IMG/VR virus record: IMGVR_UViG_3300032282_002376
Location: 1 to 51,631 of that record
From: a virus
Lineage: Duplodnaviria; Caudoviricetes
Strand: one strand, 5' to 3'
Length of the DNA stretch: 51,631 nt
Numbering within the stretch: position 1 is the stretch's first letter; each line of letters starts with the position of its first letter. Of the stretch, positions 1 through 9,678 are shown one piece after another. The notes below the pieces were generated by a model. It was given only the letters and a program-made list of their open reading frames with translations, did no database searches and was not told the DNA's origin. The translations under genes and the position numbers were made by a program.

Positions 1-252
1 TACATGGTGTACCACGTTCCACCTGAATTTAAGGATCTTTATAGCCGTGTAAACAAGATGATCGGACACATTGCCAACCAACAGCAACTGGCACGAAAAG
101 AGGAATCGGACAGAAAGAAGGCATTGGCATGGCAACGAAGACTGGTTATAAACCGAATCAAACACAGGGTGGTAATCGGGGGAATAACTACCCTAGTGAT
201 CCTGTGGACGTGGATGATGATACTGACGATGATTCCTTCTTCGTCATTGTGA
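1..252 (+). CDS. Hypothetical membrane-anchored protein, 5'-truncated by the window edge
   Basis: Open frame from the window start; coiled segment followed by a C-terminal hydrophobic helix (VVIGGITTLVILWTWMMILTMI); upstream of the lysis genes. Confidence 0.55.
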   Translation, partial: YMVYHVPPEFKDLYSRVNKMIGHIANQQQLARKEESDRKKALAWQRRLVINRIKHRVVIGGITTLVILWTWMMILTMIPSSSL

Positions 253-371
253 TTGTAATACTATTGGCGGTCATTTTGTTTTTTATGCCTGTGCTAATGT
301 GGATGTACATGGATATTAGGCAGACTGAGATCAAGGTTCAGAAACTAGTAAAGAAGTTGGAGAATAAATAA
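129..371 (+). CDS. Small membrane protein of the lysis region (true start probably further downstream)
   Basis: Acidic patch, one TM helix, basic C-terminus; stop overlaps the next ATG (TAATG). Confidence 0.55.
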   Translation: MATKTGYKPNQTQGGNRGNNYPSDPVDVDDDTDDDSFFVIVIVILLAVILFFMPVLMWMYMDIRQTEIKVQKLVKKLENK

Positions 372-877
372 TGTTGACACTACTTAGTACTTTGATATCT
401 TTCTTGATGGGGGGACTACCTAAGTTGCTAGATTTTTTTCAAGATAGAAGCGACAAAGCTCATGAGATAGACCTCGCTAACCTACAGATTCAACGTGAGT
501 TGGAGATGCGTAAAGCTGGGTTTGAAGCCCAAGAGCGTATAGAAGAAATACATACAGATCAAATGCAAATTCAAGCTCAAGCTGCTACACAGCAGTTTCA
601 ACTACAAGAGCGACAAGCTCTGTACGCCCACGACATCGCTATCGGGCAGGGTGCTTCTACATGGGTGATCAATGCAAGAGCTATGGTTAGACCTGCTTTA
701 ACCTACGGTATGTTTCTTCTTTTGGTGTTTGTAGATGTAGCAGGTTTTCTATATGCTTGGCATAGTAATGTCCCATTTAACGACTGCTTGGATCAGTTAT
801 GGGACAACGATACACAGCTGATTTGGGCAAGTATCGTTGCATTTTGGTTTGGCTCACAGGCGTTTGAGAAGAAATGA
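371..877 (+). CDS. Putative holin (3TM/GTA-holin-like)
   Basis: N-terminal hydrophobic helix, coiled coil, VRPALTY..TM..IVAFWFGS motifs; directly upstream of the endolysin. Confidence 0.65.
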   Translation: MLTLLSTLISFLMGGLPKLLDFFQDRSDKAHEIDLANLQIQRELEMRKAGFEAQERIEEIHTDQMQIQAQAATQQFQLQERQALYAHDIAIGQGASTWVINARAMVRPALTYGMFLLLVFVDVAGFLYAWHSNVPFNDCLDQLWDNDTQLIWASIVAFWFGSQAFEKK

Positions 878-1350
878 ACGTATCTGAAAGAGCTGTTTCA
901 GTCATTAAACACCACGAGGGGGTGCGGTTTAGACCATATCGTTGCCCTGCTAAATTGTGGACAATAGGAGTCGGACATGTTTTATACCCTGATCAAGGCA
1001 AAATTCCTCTCGATCAAAGAGATGGCTATCAACTTAAAGAACAAGATAATAAGCAGTTTACCCCAGAAGAAGTAGATGGAATTCTCAAGTTTGATCTTGA
1101 CCGATTTGAGCGAGGCGTGGAGAAGTTTTGTCCAATACCCCTTACACAAGGTATGTTTGATAGCCTTACTTCTTTTAGTTTCAACGTCGGTCTTGGAACA
1201 TTACAGCGTTCAACGCTTCGTCAGAAGTTGCTTCGTGGCGATAAAGAGGGTGCTGCGAATGAGCTCCTGAAGTACTGCATGGCAGGAGGTAAAATCCTCA
1301 AAGGACTTCAAAATCGTCGAATAGACGAGCGTGCTATGTTCATGTCGTAA
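874..1350 (+). CDS. Endolysin, phage lysozyme (GH24)
   Basis: HEG-x-PYRCPAKLWTIGVGH catalytic E-x8-C-x5-T triad; FSFNVG and GLQNRRIDE motifs. Confidence 0.93.
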   Translation: MNVSERAVSVIKHHEGVRFRPYRCPAKLWTIGVGHVLYPDQGKIPLDQRDGYQLKEQDNKQFTPEEVDGILKFDLDRFERGVEKFCPIPLTQGMFDSLTSFSFNVGLGTLQRSTLRQKLLRGDKEGAANELLKYCMAGGKILKGLQNRRIDERAMFMS

Positions 1351-1356
1351 AAGAGC

Positions 1357-1362
1357 TATAAT
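1357..1362 (+). promoter_or_regulatory. Sigma70-type -10 box upstream of the tail operon
   Basis: GAGCTATAAT in the intergenic gap; same motif family as before other operons. Confidence 0.5.
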
Positions 1363-1388
1363 TTAGCGAAAATTTGAGGTTTTATCTC

Positions 1389-2027
1389 ATGTCAACACCG
1401 TCTTTTGTACTTACTTATGATAGCTTGAGCTCCCTGGTGCTGCAGTACCTTGAGAGGCAAGATACGGCGGTCGTCAACTTTATACCAACTGCGATCACTC
1501 TAGCTGAATTTGAGATAGCCCAAGTTATTAAAACACTAGGACAGATGGAGGTAGTTGACTCCACGATGCTTATATCAAACCCAATCATCGCTAAACCCTC
1601 TAGATGGCGTAAAACGGTCTCTATGACCTTATCCACATCGAGCGGTAAGCAACCCGTACTACTAAGAAAATTAGAGTATCTAAATAACTATTGGCCAAAT
1701 GCTTCTACAACAGGGACTCCTCTTTATTACGCCGATTATGATTATGATCATTGGTTTGTCGCGCCGACTCCAGATCAAGCCTACGCGTTTGAAACGCTGT
1801 GCTACACTCGTTTACAACCACTCGCTTCGGATAATCAAACAAACTGGTTGACGCAAAACGCTCCAAATGCGATGTTATTTGGAACTTTGAAACAGACCGC
1901 TCCTTTTTTAAAAGACGACGCTAGACTTCAAGTTTGGGAGCAGCTATTTCAAGAAGCGATGGCTGCGTTAAAAACTGAAGACCAACTACGGTTGGTTGAT
2001 CGTCAAACTGTTGCACAGGATTCTTAA
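1389..2027 (+). CDS. Head-tail adaptor / tail tubular protein A-like
   Basis: ATG 1389 with GAGG RBS; TY..L..YL.R, AE..I, G.P.YYA, APTPD, NWL...AP..L.G.L motifs typical of podovirus adaptors. Confidence 0.65.
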   Translation: MSTPSFVLTYDSLSSLVLQYLERQDTAVVNFIPTAITLAEFEIAQVIKTLGQMEVVDSTMLISNPIIAKPSRWRKTVSMTLSTSSGKQPVLLRKLEYLNNYWPNASTTGTPLYYADYDYDHWFVAPTPDQAYAFETLCYTRLQPLASDNQTNWLTQNAPNAMLFGTLKQTAPFLKDDARLQVWEQLFQEAMAALKTEDQLRLVDRQTVAQDS

Positions 2028-2029
2028 TT

Positions 2030-3256
2030 ATGCCGACGTATACAAACCCTTTTACTGGACAAACGATATACCCATCGTCAGTCAGTTATGAGTCTATAAC
2101 CCTCAGTTCAAATATTACATTGCAGTGGCCGATCAATGGTAATACAAACACTCCAGTAAGTAGTATTATTGACGTTACAGCTTCAGCTTCTAGTTTATCT
2201 ATCACTCTTCCTCCCGCTACTCAGGTATCCACAGGACAATCAGTACTAATACGAAACGTAGGATCTAATCCTTTTTCTGTATTAAACAACACAGGCGGTA
2301 GTATTGTCACAGTCAGCTCAGGTATTTCTGAGTTTTTGTGGTTGACTGATAATACAAGTCTTGGAGGTATTTGGGCGTCTGTCGTCTTTGGAGCAGGCAC
2401 TTCTTCAGCTAATGCTTCTGATTTAGCAGGATACGGGTTAGCTGCTTCTGGGCTAACTCTAAATGAAAATAACCCAATAAGTTATATAAACTCAAGCGCA
2501 ACGATCAGTGCTACTTCTCAAGCGCAGTTTTTAGTGTGGAACACAGGAGCAGGGGCGCTCACATTACCTTCTGCTGCTACAGTAGGCAATGGATGGTTTT
2601 GTATCATAGCAAATAGCGGTACGGGTATCGTGACTTTAACACGCGCAGGTACAGACACAATTAACGGCAATACAACTCAACAGCTTCAATTGACTGAGTC
2701 TTTAGTGATCGTTTCTAATGGCAGCTCTGGGTGGAATACATACGGTTATGGGCGCTCTAATACGTTTGCGTATACACAGCTTGCCCTTACTGTTACAGGA
2801 GGCTCTTTAACGCTCACATCTGCGCAAGCTTCTAATACTATTCAAACCTACACAGGCGTTTTAACCTCTAATCAAATCATAGTTTTACCTTCTACGGTTC
2901 AATTATATTCATTTACAAACGGTACAACAGGTACATTCACTTTAACGTTCAAAACAGCGGTATCAGGGGGAGCAACTTTAGCGGTGGCTCAAAATCAAGC
3001 AGTGATCGCCATTTGTGACGGTACAAATGTATACAACGCAAATACAGGCTCAGCAGGTTCATTTACTAGCACTAGTATTACTTTAGCTTCAGGTACTGTA
3101 ACAACTCCAACGTTCAATTACATCGGTGATACTACAACAGGTTTTTATCATCCTGCAAGCGGTCAAGTCGCCGTAACTGTAAGTGGAGCAAATGTAGCTA
3201 CATTTTCATCAACTGGTTTAGCTTTACCTCTAGGTATTAGCGGAGGAACATTTTGA
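2030..3256 (+). CDS. Virion structural protein (tail/fibre-like, Thr/Ser/Gly-rich)
   Basis: Repeated TLP.A...G units, beta-rich composition, C-terminal ISGGTF; within the tail module. Confidence 0.6.
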   Translation: MPTYTNPFTGQTIYPSSVSYESITLSSNITLQWPINGNTNTPVSSIIDVTASASSLSITLPPATQVSTGQSVLIRNVGSNPFSVLNNTGGSIVTVSSGISEFLWLTDNTSLGGIWASVVFGAGTSSANASDLAGYGLAASGLTLNENNPISYINSSATISATSQAQFLVWNTGAGALTLPSAATVGNGWFCIIANSGTGIVTLTRAGTDTINGNTTQQLQLTESLVIVSNGSSGWNTYGYGRSNTFAYTQLALTVTGGSLTLTSAQASNTIQTYTGVLTSNQIIVLPSTVQLYSFTNGTTGTFTLTFKTAVSGGATLAVAQNQAVIAICDGTNVYNANTGSAGSFTSTSITLASGTVTTPTFNYIGDTTTGFYHPASGQVAVTVSGANVATFSSTGLALPLGISGGTF

Positions 3257-5022
3257 CCTCAAAAGTCGTTGCACTCACTCCTATGCCTGGGATACAAAGG
3301 GACGGTACTCAGTTCGACTCTAGCCGTTACGTTGATGGAGTGTGGACTAGGTTTCAACGCGGTCGCCCACGTAAAATTGGAGGCTATAAAGGCATATTTT
3401 TAAACGCTTCAGGGATATCACGAGGTATGCAAATGACCTCCACTAACGGACTCAATTATGTTGTTTCTGGTTACTCCGCTGGGTTGGAACAATGGCAGAC
3501 TGATAATGATGACGGTACTGGATTAGGTCCTACAGCTTACACATTAAGCAACTTTACATCAAGTGCCAATAACTTATGGCAGTTTGATATCGGGTATGAT
3601 TCCACAGGTGGAGGTAGTAATAATTTAGTAGCCCATCCTGGTCAAAACTTATCTGCTATCGACTCTACTGTAAACACTCCAGTTTTGTACGGACCTTTCC
3701 CAGGAACTTTTGGCAACCCTACAATGTCTAAAGTCGGCGTGTTTACCGTGACAGGAGGTGTTGTGAGCGGTAGCCCTACGTTGACGCTGGCTACAGCTAA
3801 TATACGCGTCGCTTTTGGACAAACCATATCAGGAGCTAATATCCCATCTGGGACTACAGTAACTCAAGTAGTCGGCACAGCCGTTACAATGTCTGCAAAC
3901 GCGACCAATACAGCTGCTTCTCAATCAGTTACATTTGATAACAATATCGCTGTGTCAGGTGGTTGCGTAATGATACACCCGTACTTATTTGTGTATGGAA
4001 ATAATGGGTTAATACAAAACTGCTCAGCAGGTGATTTTACTAATTGGGTTTCTCCCGATGCTAACTCCAACAATGTATCAACTGGTAAGATTGTAAAAGG
4101 CTTGCCGATACGTGGAGGTACAACATCTCCAAGCGGACTGTTTTGGGCATTAGATGCGTTGATAAGGGTTAGTTTTTCTCCTACAACGGCAGGAGGGCAG
4201 ACGTATTACTGGTCTTATGACCTAATCAGTAGCCAAACTTCAATCATGTCTTCTAGTAGCGTAGTTGAGTACGATGGTATTTATTATTGGGCAGGAGTTG
4301 ACCGTTTTTTAATGTATAACGGCGTTGCTCAAGAGATACCAAATGATATCAATCAAAACTACTTTTTTGATAATTTAAACTACGCTTATCGACAAAAAGT
4401 TTGGTGTACAAAAATACCTCGCTACGGTGAAATTTGGTGGTTCTATCCAAAAGGAACGGCTACTGAGTGCACCGATGCGGTCATATACAATGTTAGAGAA
4501 AAACTCTGGTATGACGCAGGAGAAGCTATAGGAGCTCGCCGTTCAGCAGGTGTATTTTCTGAAGTCTTTTTTAAACCTATCTGGGCTGGGAATGAGGCAA
4601 ACACAGCAGGAAACTACACTCTTTGGCAACACGAGTCTGGAGTTGACCAAGTTTATTTGACCAATGTTGACGCTATATACTCAGCTATCGAGACTCCTGA
4701 CCTAGGCACGCTGAGCGGTTTAGTCGGCACTGTACAACAGCCAGGAGACAATCTGTGGACTCGTATAGAGCGTATTGAGCCTGATTTTATCCAAGAAGGT
4801 GAGATGAGTGTGATTGTAACTGGTAAGGGTTATGCTGATGACAATGATCAAGTCTCTAGCCCTTATAATTTCACACAAGGAACTTTAAAGATTGATATGC
4901 GTGAGCAACGTCGTGAGATGCGTTTACGCTTTGAATCTAACACTTTTAATGGAACCTACCAGATGGGTAAACTCATAATATCTATGACTACTGGCGATGT
5001 TCGCGGAACGGGTAACCCATGA
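3253..5022 (+). CDS. Tail nozzle / DNA stabilisation protein (P22 gp10 / tubular protein B-like beta-propeller)
   Basis: 589 aa; PGIQRDGT, RF.RG.PRKIGG, YWAGVDRF.MYNG, EIWWFYP motifs; position after the adaptor. Confidence 0.7.
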   Translation: MTSKVVALTPMPGIQRDGTQFDSSRYVDGVWTRFQRGRPRKIGGYKGIFLNASGISRGMQMTSTNGLNYVVSGYSAGLEQWQTDNDDGTGLGPTAYTLSNFTSSANNLWQFDIGYDSTGGGSNNLVAHPGQNLSAIDSTVNTPVLYGPFPGTFGNPTMSKVGVFTVTGGVVSGSPTLTLATANIRVAFGQTISGANIPSGTTVTQVVGTAVTMSANATNTAASQSVTFDNNIAVSGGCVMIHPYLFVYGNNGLIQNCSAGDFTNWVSPDANSNNVSTGKIVKGLPIRGGTTSPSGLFWALDALIRVSFSPTTAGGQTYYWSYDLISSQTSIMSSSSVVEYDGIYYWAGVDRFLMYNGVAQEIPNDINQNYFFDNLNYAYRQKVWCTKIPRYGEIWWFYPKGTATECTDAVIYNVREKLWYDAGEAIGARRSAGVFSEVFFKPIWAGNEANTAGNYTLWQHESGVDQVYLTNVDAIYSAIETPDLGTLSGLVGTVQQPGDNLWTRIERIEPDFIQEGEMSVIVTGKGYADDNDQVSSPYNFTQGTLKIDMREQRREMRLRFESNTFNGTYQMGKLIISMTTGDVRGTGNP

Positions 5023-5258
5023 TAGTATATGACCATAGAAATCTAACATGGGAGTACTGGTGTGCTAGGATGGCAGAACTTTTTGCCGCAAATCAATTAG
5101 GTACAGTTGAAGAAGACGACTGGCGTATTTGGGCGAGCGGTGTAGCGTCTATCGGGTATTTCACGCAATCAGGATGTCCAGATCCTAGAGGTTTTGATAA
5201 TTGGAGAGATTGGGCAGCTCAATTAACTGGTTCAATGAATATAGTAAAACCAACGTAA
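5019..5258 (+). CDS. Hypothetical Trp-rich protein
   Basis: ATGA coupling to the previous gene; PDPRGFDNWRDWA motif. Confidence 0.65.
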   Translation: MIVYDHRNLTWEYWCARMAELFAANQLGTVEEDDWRIWASGVASIGYFTQSGCPDPRGFDNWRDWAAQLTGSMNIVKPT

Positions 5259-5266
5259 TTTAAATC

Positions 5267-6817
5267 ATGGCCATACAACCGATCCTCAGCCCACAAAGCA
5301 ATCCTTTAACAACGGCGGTTCCGTCAAAGTTTATCGGTACAACCAATCCAGGTTCTCCAGGTATGTTTATCGGTATGGCGGATTCAAATTTAATTGATCT
5401 AGCCAAAAAATCTTCTCCAGAAGTAATAGCTGGTTTACAAAATGGAACTTTGAAGTTTACAAATGATGGTGAACAACAATACTTAACAGATACAAAAACA
5501 GGTAACGTAGTACAAGGAGTTGATATTCGCCAAGACATGTATGGCAATCTTGCTGTTAATGTTCCGACGGGTAGTGGTGGAATAATTCAATTTTCTACAT
5601 CAGTAGGAGATGATGGAAAATTAAAACCTGCAGATGTTAATAATGCTTTTAATGTTGGCGTAAATAGTAGTGAGGGCGGTTTTGCTGGTGGATTAAGCAA
5701 TTTTACACCAGCAGCTAGAGCTGCCGCAATATTGTATGGCGGTAGTCAACTAATTGGTTCTTTGGCTGGCGCAGGGGCTGGGGCAGGAGCAGCTAGTTCA
5801 AGCGCTTTAGCCGACCAGATCGCTGCTGAACAATTAGCAGCCCAACAGACGGCAGCAGCCACGGCAGGGGGTGCCCTACCCGCAGCTGGGGCTGGCGCTG
5901 GGGCTGGCGCGCTAGATGTTTTGACTGCTCAAGATCTAGCAGCTGGCCATACCCTGACTGATAACGCTATCGCTTCTCAACTTGCCGCTGCTACTCCATT
6001 ATCTGAAACTGAAGCTCTAAATTTAGCTGCGCAAAGCTACACTGCTGGTATGACGCCAGAACAGATAGCTGCTATGGGTACAGGTACTGGAGCTGGTGTA
6101 GGAACTATAACAGCTGCAGGAGCAGCAGGTTTAACCGCAGCTCAACAAGCAGCTCAAGCAGCTGCTGCAGCAAAAGTTGTTAAAGATTTAGTTTCTCCAA
6201 GCTCAAGTCCAGGAGTCGCTTCAGTGCCTTCTGGAGGTACAATGGGAGGTTCTAGCTCAGGTCCTTGGAATCAATCTTTGAGCCCAGGAATAGCGACAAT
6301 CGGTAAATCAAACTTTTCTGGGTTTCAAGATCCTTTAAAAGATTTGATGGGTAATATCACTCCAAACTATGCTCCCAGTCAAACTGCTTTAAATAATATC
6401 ATGGCTCACCAGTATCAAGGTGAGTTTAGTCCTGCTTCAGGGTACGCAAAAGGCGGTAAAGTAGAAGATAAATTTGAGCCTGAATTTATAAAAATGATTA
6501 AAGAAAGATCAGGTGGAACGCCAGATCATGAGCACCCAAACTACAAGGGATCGCCTCTATTTAGGACAGGTGGTTCTGGCAAACACGTTCAAGGACCAGG
6601 AACTGGGCAAAGTGATGATATTCCTGCTATGTTAGCAGACGGAGAATACGTGTTTGATGCTGATACTGTATCGGCATTAGGCGATGGGTCTAATAAGGCT
6701 GGTGCTGCTGCTCTAGACGTTATGCGTAAAGCTATTCGTAAACATAAACGAAGCGCTCCTATAGACAAAATACCACCAAAAGCGAAAAATCCGCTATCCT
6801 ATTTAAAAGGTAAATAA
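5267..6817 (+). CDS. Internal virion / ejection protein
   Basis: Ala/Gly-rich central region; C-terminal GPGTGQSDDIPAMLADGEYV motif common in virion core and tape-measure proteins. Confidence 0.65.
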   Translation: MAIQPILSPQSNPLTTAVPSKFIGTTNPGSPGMFIGMADSNLIDLAKKSSPEVIAGLQNGTLKFTNDGEQQYLTDTKTGNVVQGVDIRQDMYGNLAVNVPTGSGGIIQFSTSVGDDGKLKPADVNNAFNVGVNSSEGGFAGGLSNFTPAARAAAILYGGSQLIGSLAGAGAGAGAASSSALADQIAAEQLAAQQTAAATAGGALPAAGAGAGAGALDVLTAQDLAAGHTLTDNAIASQLAAATPLSETEALNLAAQSYTAGMTPEQIAAMGTGTGAGVGTITAAGAAGLTAAQQAAQAAAAAKVVKDLVSPSSSPGVASVPSGGTMGGSSSGPWNQSLSPGIATIGKSNFSGFQDPLKDLMGNITPNYAPSQTALNNIMAHQYQGEFSPASGYAKGGKVEDKFEPEFIKMIKERSGGTPDHEHPNYKGSPLFRTGGSGKHVQGPGTGQSDDIPAMLADGEYVFDADTVSALGDGSNKAGAAALDVMRKAIRKHKRSAPIDKIPPKAKNPLSYLKGK

Positions 6818-6819
6818 TC

Positions 6820-7929
6820 ATGTCGCTCACAACCGCAGCTACAATCCCGACTACAACTGGGGCTACAAGCTCAAGCCCAACAACGATCGGTACTACATCA
6901 CAGATGCTACCAACACCGATCACGTTGGCTACCCCTGCTTCAGATGCTGGCTCCGCTACTCAAGGTGGAGCGTTGCCTAATATTACAACAACGCAAGCCC
7001 AAGCAACCTCAATTCCTCAGTTTTATCAAGATTACTTAAATAATATAGCAACTCAAGGGGCTACAAATTTAGGTAATATGGCGTATTCTGGTCCTACAAC
7101 AAATCAAAACGCTGCGTTTAGTGGAGTGCAAGCAGCGGGACAAGGTTTTCAACCAGGACTCACCCAAGCAGGTCAAACAACGCAGGGGGCATTAAGTTTA
7201 AATGGAGCCAACGCTGCGCAGCCATACTTAGCTCAAGGCACGCAAGCTTCAACGCAAGATATCAATCAGTATATGAACCCGTATACTAAAAATGTTGTTG
7301 ATCAAATCGGGCTTTTAAATCAGCAAAACATCGCTAACACGTTATCACCTGCTATCACATCGGGAGCTGTAGGCTCTGGACAGTTTGGTTCTCAGCGTGG
7401 AGCCCAAGCGCTTGCAGGAGGAATCGCCACTGCAGATATAGCAGCTCTAGCTCAACAAGCAGCAGCTGAACAATCAGGATACGGACAAGCTCTAACGGCA
7501 GCTCAACAGCAGAGAGCAAACCAGTTAGCAGCAGGACAAACTCTTGGATCTTTGACAAACACTCAGCAGGCAAATCAGTTAGCAGGTGCACAACAACAAG
7601 CAGCGATGGCTCAACAGCAGCAGACTGATGCGCTTGCAGCGATCAATGCAAATGCGACTATAGGTGCTCAAGAGCAAGCCCTTAACCAAGCGAAAGTTAA
7701 TTATCCAATGACGGCTCTGCAACAGTACGGTTCGTTATTACAAGGTCAAACTATACCTACCGCAACTTCTGGAACTTACACAGGACCTATCCCTGGAGCT
7801 TACAGCGCTTCGCCTTTGGCTACAGCTACAGGCACGGCAGCTGCGCTTACAGGTATTTTAAATTCAGGTGCAGACGCTGCGTCTAAGATACAAAAAATTA
7901 CAGATTTCTTTAAAACTTCATCTCCCTAG
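6820..7929 (+). CDS. Ejection (DNA pilot-like) protein
   Basis: Gln/Ala-rich; YMNPY..NVV and G.FGS.R motifs. Confidence 0.65.
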   Translation: MSLTTAATIPTTTGATSSSPTTIGTTSQMLPTPITLATPASDAGSATQGGALPNITTTQAQATSIPQFYQDYLNNIATQGATNLGNMAYSGPTTNQNAAFSGVQAAGQGFQPGLTQAGQTTQGALSLNGANAAQPYLAQGTQASTQDINQYMNPYTKNVVDQIGLLNQQNIANTLSPAITSGAVGSGQFGSQRGAQALAGGIATADIAALAQQAAAEQSGYGQALTAAQQQRANQLAAGQTLGSLTNTQQANQLAGAQQQAAMAQQQQTDALAAINANATIGAQEQALNQAKVNYPMTALQQYGSLLQGQTIPTATSGTYTGPIPGAYSASPLATATGTAAALTGILNSGADAASKIQKITDFFKTSSP

Positions 7930-7939
7930 AAAGTAACTA

Positions 7940-9670
7940 ATGGCTTTACCACTTTCTTCACCAGAAGCTGCTCCAGTAGATAAAGGCTGGGGCGGTTACG
8001 TCGCTGAGTACAACACTCTTAATCCAGACGCACCTATTACGGTAGCAAATGTAGCTCCTGCCGCTACTGCGCCAGCGCCGATGGCTGCTCCTGTCGCTGC
8101 GCCTATTCAGGCTCCTCAAGGCGCTTTACAGACGGCTGAGGTTAAACCTCCTGCGATGCCTGGTCCTATGCAAGAGTACATGAGTGCTTTAAATCAGTAC
8201 CAAGACGTTCTAGAAAAACAGGCTAATTACGGTAACAGAACGCCTTGGTTTTCATTAGCAGGGGCTTTATTAAATCCTGGTCGTACAGGTAGTTTTGGTG
8301 AAGCTGTAGGTAGCGCTGCTAATGTGATGGGTAAACATCAAGAAGAGCAACAAAGGATGCAGATTCCTTTGGCTCAAGCTAGACTTGGTTTGATAAAGTC
8401 TAAATATGAATTAGGTAAACAAGCTCAAGCTCAACAAGATTTTGCAGAGATTGCAAAAGGTCAAATTTCTCCAACGGCTACAATTGCAGGTTCTGTAGTA
8501 CCGACTAGCTCTGGTCTTCCAAACCCCTCAGCCCCTAATTCTCCTTCAGCTATCACGCTAGAAGGCGCTACAGCACACCCTAGAGATATTGCAACTGCTA
8601 AACCGATTACGATGAAAGACGTACTTGCGTTTGCTGCAACTCATCCTGAGGATAAAGAAAGAATCGCTGTATTAACTAAAGCAGCTGAGATGGCGCAACC
8701 TAGTTTCTCAACTTCAAATGGCGTTATTTTAAATAACAAAACAGGCTCAGTGTTTGGTTTTGTCCCTGGTCAAAAGCAAGAAAAGTTCACAACAGCTTTT
8801 GGCGATTTTATGCTACGTCCTCAAGATTACGAAACGATCAGTACATTACCTCCTGCAAAACAAATAGAAGCTTTAAAAGCTCTTGTAGGTACAAATGAGC
8901 ATGGAGCTCCTAGGTCTGTACATGATGTTGAGGCTGAGGCAGCAGGTCGTAAAGAGACGTCTACTGGACAAGCAAGAGCCGACGTTGCTGGAGCTCAAAC
9001 CCTATTGAACGATCGTCGAGCTGGTGAAGCTATGCTTCCTGTTTATGAACGTATTCAAACGATCTTAGGACAACCAGGAGTCAAAGAGCAGCTCGGTTTG
9101 TTCAAGAAAGGCGATGTGGCTGATGTTTTGACATCTTTCTTAACGAGTGACCATAGTGAAAAAGCAACTAGAAGTATGCAAGAGTCCATACGTAGAGTTG
9201 CTGCTAATAGTAAAGATGCAGACAATCTAATCAACGCTATTAACGATATTGACGGGCAACGCGGTATCGCTGAAGCTGAGTATATGAAAAGTATGCCTGG
9301 AAATGCTAGAGTTACAGACTTTAGATTGAAGTTTGCTCAAAGTTTACATCCCAGTTCTCAAGACGATATGTATGGCGCTTTTCAAGCTAAACTCAATGAG
9401 TTTAAAAATAGAGCTGCTTGGGATATTGAAAAGCATGACCTGTTTACTAATTTAAACAATAAACGAAATGTGACGTACACTCAGTTTTATACTCAACCTG
9501 AGTACGTAGAGTCTTATAATAAACACAGTAAAGCGTACGCTGCTGGTATGCCTACTAATGCTCCAACTCCTCAAGGTACAACTTCAACGGCACCTGCAGG
9601 ATCGGTAGCTCAGCGTTTAGCTGAAATAAGAGCAAAGCGTGATGCAGAAAAATTGCAAGCTCCTAAATAG
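7940..9670 (+). CDS. Ejection / internal core protein
   Basis: 576 aa helical protein with LL.PGRTGSFGE motif; lies between ejection genes. Confidence 0.55.
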   Translation: MALPLSSPEAAPVDKGWGGYVAEYNTLNPDAPITVANVAPAATAPAPMAAPVAAPIQAPQGALQTAEVKPPAMPGPMQEYMSALNQYQDVLEKQANYGNRTPWFSLAGALLNPGRTGSFGEAVGSAANVMGKHQEEQQRMQIPLAQARLGLIKSKYELGKQAQAQQDFAEIAKGQISPTATIAGSVVPTSSGLPNPSAPNSPSAITLEGATAHPRDIATAKPITMKDVLAFAATHPEDKERIAVLTKAAEMAQPSFSTSNGVILNNKTGSVFGFVPGQKQEKFTTAFGDFMLRPQDYETISTLPPAKQIEALKALVGTNEHGAPRSVHDVEAEAAGRKETSTGQARADVAGAQTLLNDRRAGEAMLPVYERIQTILGQPGVKEQLGLFKKGDVADVLTSFLTSDHSEKATRSMQESIRRVAANSKDADNLINAINDIDGQRGIAEAEYMKSMPGNARVTDFRLKFAQSLHPSSQDDMYGAFQAKLNEFKNRAAWDIEKHDLFTNLNNKRNVTYTQFYTQPEYVESYNKHSKAYAAGMPTNAPTPQGTTSTAPAGSVAQRLAEIRAKRDAEKLQAPK

Positions 9671-9678
9671 AGAATAAT

